Part shown: in pieces, positions 1 through 6,770 of the stretch
Layout of the letters: each line of letters opens with the position of its first letter
How positions within the stretch are numbered: position 1 is the stretch's first letter
NCBI GenBank assembly: GCA_046726415.1
Contig: JBKPAK010000047.1
Span: 1-13,852, forward strand
Direction of reading: 5' to 3'
Length of the DNA: 13,852 nucleotides
DNA from: Candidatus Methylomirabilota bacterium
Lineage (GTDB): Bacteria > Methylomirabilota > Methylomirabilia > Rokubacteriales > CSP1-6
Made by a program: the position numbers and the translations under genes
Notes under the pieces: generated by a model
Seen by the model: only the letters and a program-made list of their open reading frames with translations
Databases searched by the model: none
Told to the model about the DNA's origin: nothing

Positions 1-582
1 ACCCGGCAGGACAAGACCTCGGACTACGTGGGGCGCGTGGTGGCCGTCTCCGGCCTGTCCTTGCCCGACTTCTGGCTGGGCACCCTGGTCATCACCTTTG
101 CCGCCATCTGGTTCCACTGGATTCCTCCGCTGGGCTACGCCAGCCTCTGGGATTCGCCGCTGAAGAACCTCCAGCAGTTCCTGCTGCCGGCGGCGGTGCT
201 CGGCTTTCGCCTCTCCGCGGCCACCATGCGGATGACCCGCTCCACCGTGCTCGAGGTGCTGCGCGAGGACTACGTGCGCACGGCCTGGGCCAAGGGGCTG
301 GCCGGGCGGATCGTCGTGTACAAGCACGCACTCAAGAACGCGCTCATCCCCGTCGTCACCATCGTCGGCGGTCAGCTGGGGACCTTGCTGGCTGGTACCG
401 TGATCGTGGAGACGATCTTCGCCCTGCCCGGCATGGGCCGATTGACCGTCGAGGCCATCCTGTTCCGCGACTACCCTGTCGTCCAGACGAACGTCATGCT
501 GGTGGCGGCAGTGCTGGTCACCCTCAATCTCATCGTGGACCTCACGTACGCGTGGCTCGACCCGCGGATTCGCTATCAGTGA
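1..582 (+). CDS. Peptide/nickel ABC transporter permease (DppB/OppB family), 5'-truncated by window edge
   Basis: Frame 1 is open from base 1 (TRQDKTSDYVGRVVAVSGLSLPDFWLG...). It has the EAA-loop region 'DYVRTAWAKGL' and the motifs 'HALKNALIPVVT', 'IVETIFALPGMG', 'RDYPVVQ' and terminal 'LDPRIRY', all typical of DppB. Confidence 0.93.
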   Translation, partial: TRQDKTSDYVGRVVAVSGLSLPDFWLGTLVITFAAIWFHWIPPLGYASLWDSPLKNLQQFLLPAAVLGFRLSAATMRMTRSTVLEVLREDYVRTAWAKGLAGRIVVYKHALKNALIPVVTIVGGQLGTLLAGTVIVETIFALPGMGRLTVEAILFRDYPVVQTNVMLVAAVLVTLNLIVDLTYAWLDPRIRYQ

Positions 583-595
583 GGGGCGGGCGGCC

Positions 596-1498
596 ATGTC
601 CACGGTGACGGCCCCCGTTCTGGCGCTGGAGGAGCGACCGGCGGATACCCTCAGCCGAGGCCGCGCCCTGTGGATCACCATCAAACGCAAGCCGCTAGGC
701 GCCGCCTCCGCTTCCGTCATCGCATTGCTCGTGCTCACGGCGATCTTCGCCGATGTCCTCGCTCCCTACGATCCGCTCGCCGCTCAGCCGGAAGTGCGAC
801 TGGCGTCGCCCAGCCGGGCGCATCCTTTCGGCACCGACGACATCGGACGCGACGTCCTCAGTCGCGTCATCTACGGCGCCCGGATCTCGCTGTGGGTGGG
901 CCTGCTGGCGGTGGGGATCGGGACGGTGGCCGGCATGATCATCGGCCTCGCCTGTGGCTACTGGGAGGGGCGCCTCGACCTCGTGCTCCAGCGCCTCATG
1001 GACGCGGTTCAGGCCATCCCCGGGCTCGTGCTCGCGCTGGCCATCGTGTCGGTGCTGCGCCCGAATACGACCAACGCGATGCTGGCCATCGCGATGGTGA
1101 TCATCCCGGGCAACTCGCGCATCGTGCGCGGGGCGGTGTTGTCGGCCAAGCAGAACCGGTATGTCGAAGCGGCCCAGGCTCTCGGCTGCCAGCAGCCGCG
1201 GATCGTGGCCAGCCACATCCTGCCCAACGTGACCGCGCCGATCCTGATCATCGCGTCGATCTGGCTGGGCAATGCCATCCTCATCGAAGCGTCGTTGAGC
1301 TTCCTGGGCCTGGGTACCCAGCCGCCTACGCCGTCCTGGGGCCTGATGCTCAGCAGCACTGGACGCGCCTACATGGAGCAGGCCCCCTGGCTCGCGATCT
1401 TCCCGGGGCTGGCCATCAGCCTAGCCGTGCTGGGGTTCAACCTCTTCGGCGACACCCTCCGAGACGCCTGGGACCCCAAGCTCCGCCGTCAGGGCTAG
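596..1498 (+). CDS. Peptide/nickel ABC transporter permease (DppC/OppC family)
   Basis: Motifs 'HPFGTDDIGRDVLSRVIYGARISL', 'YVEAAQALG', 'HILPNV', 'EASLSFLGLG...PPTPSWG' and 'FNLFGDTLRDAWDP'. Lies 13 nt after the upstream permease with a GAGGGG RBS-like sequence. Confidence 0.95.
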   Translation: MSTVTAPVLALEERPADTLSRGRALWITIKRKPLGAASASVIALLVLTAIFADVLAPYDPLAAQPEVRLASPSRAHPFGTDDIGRDVLSRVIYGARISLWVGLLAVGIGTVAGMIIGLACGYWEGRLDLVLQRLMDAVQAIPGLVLALAIVSVLRPNTTNAMLAIAMVIIPGNSRIVRGAVLSAKQNRYVEAAQALGCQQPRIVASHILPNVTAPILIIASIWLGNAILIEASLSFLGLGTQPPTPSWGLMLSSTGRAYMEQAPWLAIFPGLAISLAVLGFNLFGDTLRDAWDPKLRRQG

Positions 1499-1735
1499 CT
1501 CGCGGCCATCCATCGCATTCGCTTCAGTCATTCACATCGGGGCCGCGCGCCCGTTCGCCCAGGCGAATGGCGCATCCGCGGCCACGTCGTAGGCGACGGC
1601 AACCGAGTCGGTGGCGCGCGATCCGAGGTGCGCCGGTCGCGAGCGTGGTGATGGCGGCCGGGCTCATGATAGGGGCGGCGCGCGCGGTCACAAGGATCGG
1701 CCCTCGGGATCGATCGCGCTCGCCTTCGCTTGGCG

Positions 1736-2740
1736 TCAGCGGAGGCGGAGGAGGCGGCGCGCGTTGCCCTCGTAGATCGCCGCCTTCTCCGCGTCGCTGG
1801 CGCGCATGCGGTCCATGGCGGCGATGGTGTCGCGGATGAAGCCGGGGCCGTGCTCGGGATCGAATGGCATGTCGGTGCCGAACAGGATGTGGTCGGCGCC
1901 GAAGAAGGCCAGGCCGCTCTCCATGGCGTGCCAGGCGCCGAAGAGCGCGGTGTCGCCGTAGAACATCTTGAAGTAGTCGATGGGACGCCGGCGCAGCCGG
2001 CCGAGCGCGGCGGCGTCCTCTGCGTCATCAGACCGCATGCCCAGCTGATCCAGACCGCCGCCGACACGGCCGGCGCAGAACGGGACCATGGCCCCCATGT
2101 GGTGGGTGATCACCACGAGGGCGGGGTAGCGGTCGAAGAGACCCGAGAAGACGAGGCGGCCCATGGCCAGCGTCGTGTCATACGGCCAGCCGAACGCCCA
2201 CCATAGGTCGTACTTCGACCGCGGCTCGCCGGCATAGTCGGCCAGGGCGGGCCGCGCGGGATGCAGCCAGAGCGGCAGCCGGCGCTCGGCCAGCCGCGCG
2301 AAGAGCGGCTGGAACTCCGGCGCGTCGAGGGGCCGCCCCGCCACGTTGCTGAACATCTGCACCCCGGTGGCGCCCAGGGCGTCGAGCGCTCGATCGATCT
2401 CGCCGAGAGCGGCCTCGGGATTGTTCATGGGCAGCGAGGCGACGAAGGCCGGAAAGCGGTCGGGGTGTCGCTCCACGATCTCGGCCATGCAGTCGTTGGC
2501 CAGGCGCGCGAGATCAGGGCTGGCGTCGGGTCCGCCCACCACCTCGATCGGCGGGTTGGCCAAGGTGAGGACCTGGCGATAGTCCTCGTAGCGATCCATG
2601 ATCCGGAACCGCTCCTCGAGATCCACCAGCACCGGAATGCCCGACATTCGCTTCTGCAGGGCCATGCCTCGGGGCGCCACGTCGAGCATGCGCTCGAAGT
2701 AGCGGCGCGGCAGGATGTGCGGAAAGACGTCGATCTTCAC
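1736..2740 (-). CDS. Amidohydrolase_2 family protein (ACMSD/LigW-like TIM-barrel decarboxylase/hydratase superfamily)
   Basis: GTG start with AGAAGGG upstream. Motifs 'KIDVFPH', 'LARLAND', 'PDRF', 'PLWLHP', 'ITHHMG', 'ILFGTDMPF' and 'IYEGNARRLL'. Confidence 0.9.
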   Translation of the reverse strand: MKIDVFPHILPRRYFERMLDVAPRGMALQKRMSGIPVLVDLEERFRIMDRYEDYRQVLTLANPPIEVVGGPDASPDLARLANDCMAEIVERHPDRFPAFVASLPMNNPEAALGEIDRALDALGATGVQMFSNVAGRPLDAPEFQPLFARLAERRLPLWLHPARPALADYAGEPRSKYDLWWAFGWPYDTTLAMGRLVFSGLFDRYPALVVITHHMGAMVPFCAGRVGGGLDQLGMRSDDAEDAAALGRLRRRPIDYFKMFYGDTALFGAWHAMESGLAFFGADHILFGTDMPFDPEHGPGFIRDTIAAMDRMRASDAEKAAIYEGNARRLLRLR

Positions 2741-2773
2741 GGGCGCGCCCTTCTGGGCCGTCTCGTCGGCCCG

Positions 2774-3285
2774 CTACCGGCCGCCGGTGACCGGCAGCGT
2801 GACGCCGGTAATGTAGCTGGCCTCGGCCGACGCCAGGAACAGCACGGCGTCGGCGATCTCGTTCGGCTGGCCCAGGCGGCGCAGCGGCGTCATGTGGTTC
2901 GGGCTATATTCCACCGTCTCGTTCAGGGTGCGGAGCATGGCCCCCGCCCGTTCGGTGTCGATGGGGCCGGGCGCCACCGCATTGACGTTGATGCCGTACT
3001 CGGCGAGCTCCAGGGCCACGTCGCGGATGAACCCGTGAATGCCGGCTTTGGCCGCCGAGTAGGCGGAACCACCCTGGTAATAGGCGGTCCACGGTGTGCC
3101 TTCGCGCGCGCCGGAGGAGAGGCAGATGATGCGGCCGGAGCGCTGTCGGACCATGTGAGGCACGGCTGCCCGCGTACAGAGGAAAGCAGACCGCAGATTC
3201 AAGCGCAGCACGAAATCCCAGTCCTCGACCTTCATGTCCCAGATCCGCCGGTCACCACGGCCACCTGATCCTGTACGCGGCCCAT
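2774..3285 (-). pseudogene. SDR (FabG-like) oxidoreductase disrupted by an internal frameshifting deletion
   Basis: ATG at 3285 with GAGGAG RBS gives MGRVQDQVAVVTGGSGT* (SDR beta1 and start of the TGxxxGxG loop; stop at 3232-3234). A different frame carries the C-terminal half (IWDMKVEDWDFVLRLNL...GRIICLSS...YSAAK...INVNAVAPGPIDT...ASYITG, stop 2774-2776). The intervening Rossmann segment, including NNAG, is absent. Confidence 0.85.
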
Positions 3286-6200
3286 CAGCCCTCCTCGACC
3301 GACTGGCTTTGCCGACCGGCATCATAGCAAGGGGGGCCCGCCGCGGCCGCGCGCGCGATGCCGACCGCGGCCAGGCCGCCCTCCAGCTCCACGGTATGAA
3401 CGACAATGCCGCTCGGCGGCGGACCAATGGCCAGCTCGACCGCCAGCGTCTCCGCGCAGAGGTACTCGGAGTGCTCTTCGATCGCTGATTGCCGCTCGGG
3501 GTCCGACGAGACATACACCCGGATGCGATCGTCCACGTTGAGCCCTGTGCCCTTCCGAAGGCGTTGGATCTGGTGGGCGAGCTGTCTCGACAGTCCCTTG
3601 CGCCTCAGGGCGGGCGTGAGGTGCGTATCGACGGCGACGATGAGATCGCCCTCGAGGACCGCCCTGAACGGCCCCGCATCGACCGCCAGCGCGATCGAGG
3701 TCCTCCCCGGTGGCGTCCAGAGCGCGCGTCCGTCGGCCCGGAGCGCATCGGCGACGGCGCGCTCGATCGGCTCGACGTCGACCGCCTCGGCGTTCAGCTC
3801 CTCGCGAAGATCGGCCTCGAACTCGCGCAGCCAGAACACCTGACCAGGTGGCCCGAGGACGAGAACCCTGGCCACTGGCTGGCGCACCCTCAAGCCCGCC
3901 GCGTTCCGCACTGCCAGCCCCACGGTGAGCGCCCGCCGCACGAAGGCCACGCCGGCCTCGAGCTCCTGAGGCGTGTAAGAGGGCGACGTCGGAGCCATCC
4001 AGGCTACCCGCGCCGCCGACTCCGCCTCCGACCCGGGGAAGTCGGTCAAATGCACGCTGCGGGCCGCCCCGGCACTGCGCTCCCCGAGCAGCCCCTGATA
4101 GATGTGCTCGGCCACGAACGGGGTGACCGGGGCCAGGAGTTGACAGATCCGCACCAGAACGTGGAAGAGCGTCTGGTAGGCCACCGTCTTGTGCTCGGTC
4201 ATTTCGCCCTTCCAGAACAGGCGGCGCCGGCGACGGACATACCAGTTCGAGACGTCATCCTGGATGAAATCCTCGAGGGCGCGCACCGCCCGGCGAAGCT
4301 GATAGCCGTCGAGCGCGGCGCGAACCTCGCGGATCGTCGACTCGAGGCGGGCGAGAATCCAGGCTTCCAGCCCGAGCGGTACTTCGGGCGCCGCCGCATC
4401 CGACGGCAACGCCGGCTGGTCCATGTTGGCATACGTGACGAACAGCGTGTAGATGTTCCACAGGGTGAGGAACCGGCGCGTGACGTCCCGCGCCGCCGCA
4501 GAGCCGAACGCGATCGGCTCGGCGACCGCGTGTGATGCGAAAAGGTAGCGGACCACATCGGGTCCCACGCGATCGAGGGCCTCGTCGAGCCAGACCGCGT
4601 TGCCCCAGCTCTTGTGCATCTCGCGGCCGTCCTCTCCCAGCACGCGATCGTGGGCCATGACCGTGCGATAGGGCGCGCGGCCTTCCAGGGTTACCGCCAT
4701 GAAGAGCAACGCGTAGAACCACCCGCGGACCTGCGCCGCCATCTCCACCACGAAGTCGGCCGGAAACCACTGGGCCCAGCGCGACCGGTCGTCGAGATAG
4801 CCCAGGGTCGAGAAGGGGACGATACCCGCGTCGAGCCAACAGTCACCGACCTCGGGCACGCGGGGCACCTCCGAGCCGCACCCCGGGCACTTCAACGTCA
4901 CCTCGTCGATCCAGGGGCGATGCAGCTCGGGGAGAGCCGTGGCGACCGCGGGGTCGATGGCGAGTCGCCGCAATTCGTCGGGCGAACCCACCACCGTGAG
5001 TCGGCCGCACGTCGTGCATGGGTAGAAGGGCAGGGGGAGTCCCCACACGCGCTTGCGCGAGATGCACCAGTCGCCCATGTTGGTGAGCCAGTCCTTCATG
5101 CGCAGGCCCATGTGCTCGGGGTGCCAGCTCACCCCGGCGTTGGCGCGGAGCGCGCGCGGCCGAAGCTCGTCGGCCCGGATGAACCACTCGTCGACTAGAC
5201 GGAAGATCAGCTGGTGACCACAGCGCCAGCATGACGGGTAGCGGTGGCGGTGCGTCGCCTCGTGGTACAGTCGGCCCTCGGTGCGCAGCCTCCTCACCAC
5301 GTCGGCCGTCGCCTCGAACACGCTGCGATGTTCCATCTCGCCAAACCCCGGCCCATAACGACCTTCCTCGTCGATGGCCGCCACGATGGGCAGCCCGTAT
5401 CGCTGTCCCAGCTCGAAGTCGTTCTGACCGCAGCCGGGCGCGATGTGGACGATGCCGGTCCCTTCGCGGGCCGCCACGTCGTCCCATCCGACCACGCGAT
5501 GCTCGATGGACCGCTGCACCGGGAGATCGCTGAAGGGCGCCACGTAGTGAAGCCCCACGAGGTCCGTTCCCTTCACGCGCTGCTGAACGTCGCCGAGGCC
5601 GGGAAGACTGGGACGGGCCGCCGCCGCCACCCAGTAGCGCCAGTCCCCGCCGGCGACGCTCTCATATGCCGCGTCGGGATGGACGGCCACGGCCACGTTG
5701 GCGGGAAGCGTCCAGGGAGTGGTCGTCCACGCCAGGAGGGCCGTGCGTTCCTGGCCGAGGATCGGGAACGCGACCACCACCGACTGGTGGGTGACGTCGG
5801 CGTAGGACTCCAGCATCTCGTGCTGGGAGATCGAGGTGCCACAGCGGACGCACCACGGCATGACCCGGTGACCGGAGTAGATCCAGCTTCGCCGGTGGCA
5901 CTCCTGGAGGAAGTGCCAGATGTACCCGATGTTGGCATCCGACATGGTGTAGTAGGAGTGGGGCCAGTCCATCCACTGCCCCAGCCGCTTCGACTGCTCG
6001 GTCTGCAGCGCGGCGAAACACAGGACGCGCTCGCGGCAGGCCCGCGCGAACGCCGCGTGCCCCATCGCCTCGATGTCGCGCTTGGAATTGAGCCCGAGCG
6101 CCTTCTCGACCTCGACTTCCACCCACAAGCCCTGGCAGTCGAAGCCGTTCTGGAAGCGCTGCTCGAAGCCGCCCATGGCCTTGTAGCGCTGGACGATGTC

Positions 6201-6392
6201 TTTATAGGTTCGTCCGCGGGCGTGGTGGACTCCCATGGGGTTGTTGGCGGTGATCGGGCCGTCCAGGAAGGAGAAGCGTGGCCCGCCGCGATTCTTGGCC
6301 ACGAGCTGCGCGAAGACGTGTTCGCGCTCCCAGAAGGCTCGCGTTTTGCCGGCCATGGCCACGAAGTCGAGCGGTCCCGGCGTGCTGAACAT
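3285..6392 (-). CDS. ileS: Isoleucine--tRNA ligase, type 2 (IleRS2), with non-canonical GVHH/EMHKS signature motifs
   Basis: 1035 aa. Motifs 'FLDGPITANNPMGVHH', 'GFDCQGLWVE', editing 'WTTTPWTLPAN' and 'GTGIVHIAPGCGQND', 'DWCISRKRVWG', 'RVPEVGDCWLDAG', 'QVRGWFY', 'EMHKSWGN' and 'SNWYVRRRRRLFW'. It has an IleRS2-type C-terminus ('GLSRQLAHQIQRLRK...LNVDDRI...ETLA') and no C-terminal IleRS1 zinc finger. GGGGGA RBS upstream. Confidence 0.96.
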   Translation of the reverse strand: MFSTPGPLDFVAMAGKTRAFWEREHVFAQLVAKNRGGPRFSFLDGPITANNPMGVHHARGRTYKDIVQRYKAMGGFEQRFQNGFDCQGLWVEVEVEKALGLNSKRDIEAMGHAAFARACRERVLCFAALQTEQSKRLGQWMDWPHSYYTMSDANIGYIWHFLQECHRRSWIYSGHRVMPWCVRCGTSISQHEMLESYADVTHQSVVVAFPILGQERTALLAWTTTPWTLPANVAVAVHPDAAYESVAGGDWRYWVAAAARPSLPGLGDVQQRVKGTDLVGLHYVAPFSDLPVQRSIEHRVVGWDDVAAREGTGIVHIAPGCGQNDFELGQRYGLPIVAAIDEEGRYGPGFGEMEHRSVFEATADVVRRLRTEGRLYHEATHRHRYPSCWRCGHQLIFRLVDEWFIRADELRPRALRANAGVSWHPEHMGLRMKDWLTNMGDWCISRKRVWGLPLPFYPCTTCGRLTVVGSPDELRRLAIDPAVATALPELHRPWIDEVTLKCPGCGSEVPRVPEVGDCWLDAGIVPFSTLGYLDDRSRWAQWFPADFVVEMAAQVRGWFYALLFMAVTLEGRAPYRTVMAHDRVLGEDGREMHKSWGNAVWLDEALDRVGPDVVRYLFASHAVAEPIAFGSAAARDVTRRFLTLWNIYTLFVTYANMDQPALPSDAAAPEVPLGLEAWILARLESTIREVRAALDGYQLRRAVRALEDFIQDDVSNWYVRRRRRLFWKGEMTEHKTVAYQTLFHVLVRICQLLAPVTPFVAEHIYQGLLGERSAGAARSVHLTDFPGSEAESAARVAWMAPTSPSYTPQELEAGVAFVRRALTVGLAVRNAAGLRVRQPVARVLVLGPPGQVFWLREFEADLREELNAEAVDVEPIERAVADALRADGRALWTPPGRTSIALAVDAGPFRAVLEGDLIVAVDTHLTPALRRKGLSRQLAHQIQRLRKGTGLNVDDRIRVYVSSDPERQSAIEEHSEYLCAETLAVELAIGPPPSGIVVHTVELEGGLAAVGIARAAAAGPPCYDAGRQSQSVEEG
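3321..3329 (-). promoter_or_regulatory. Putative extended -10 promoter (TGCTATGAT) for the SDR/amidohydrolase genes
   Basis: The minus strand reads TG-C-TATGAT, an AT-rich island about 36 nt upstream of the SDR ATG, inside the last codons of the ileS ORF. Confidence 0.45.
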
Positions 6393-6583
6393 TGGTCTGT
6401 CCCCCGTGTCTGATCTCGTCGAACCCGGGTTCTGGCGCCGGTGACCACGCCCGACCTCACACGAGGTTGGAAACTCAACGGCCGCCAGGAACCCTGACGG
6501 CCGTGTGAAATCGATTGAGTCGATCCGGAACCGTCAGTTCACGGCGTCTCCCGGCCTATGACTGACGGTCTAATTCGACTCAT
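6393..6583 (-). promoter_or_regulatory. Putative leader-peptide attenuator (structured 5' leader of ileS)
   Basis: Minus-strand segments: 1 ACCGTCAGT (6569-6561), 2 ACTGACGGT (6538-6530), 3 ACGGCCGTCAGG (6504-6493), 4 CCTGGCGGCCGT (6489-6478), followed by TGAGTTT. The 1:2, 2:3 and 3:4 pairings are mutually exclusive. Confidence 0.7.
6539..6583 (-). CDS. Putative leaderless leader peptide MSRIRPSVIGRETP (14 aa)
   Basis: ATG AGT CGA ATT AGA CCG TCA GTC ATA GGC CGG GAG ACG CCG TGA. The ATG lies 6 nt after a TACTAT -10 box with no SD sequence. Two Ile codons flank helix segment 1, and the stop abuts segment 2. Confidence 0.65.
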   Translation of the reverse strand: MSRIRPSVIGRETP

Positions 6584-6589
6584 GGCGCG

Positions 6590-6618
6590 ATAGTAGCGCA
6601 CGCCGCCCCTCGGCACAA
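6590..6618 (-). promoter_or_regulatory. Putative sigma70-type promoter for the ileS leader
   Basis: TTGTGC (6618-6613), a 17-nt spacer, then TACTAT (6595-6590). The predicted +1 coincides with the A of the uORF ATG (6583). Confidence 0.65.
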
Positions 6619-6770
6619 GCAACACCTCGCTCGGCCATCGCGGCCGCCCGTCGCGGAGCGGCTTGACGAAGACCGCCCTGGCGATGCCCTCGACGGGCCC
6701 AGGTCTTTAGCGGCACTCTAGACGAGCGCAACGCGCGCGATGAGGTGAGGGCAGAATCCGAGGGGTGTTC

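Noticed and set aside
3286-3514. N-terminal part of the 246-aa ORF 2774..3514
   Set aside because: It is alternate-frame overlap with ileS and has no SDR features. The real SDR start is at 3285 in another frame.
6436-6452. T-box-like string GGGCGTGGTCACCGGCG in the ileS leader (minus strand)
   Set aside because: The bulge would be UGGUCACC rather than UGGNACC, and I see no stem I/specifier loop or flanking antiterminator helices. The uORF attenuator model explains the helices better. An Rfam scan would settle it.
6663-6700. TTGACG as -35 for the spermidine-synthase-like gene
   Set aside because: There is no acceptable -10 hexamer at 16-18 nt spacing.
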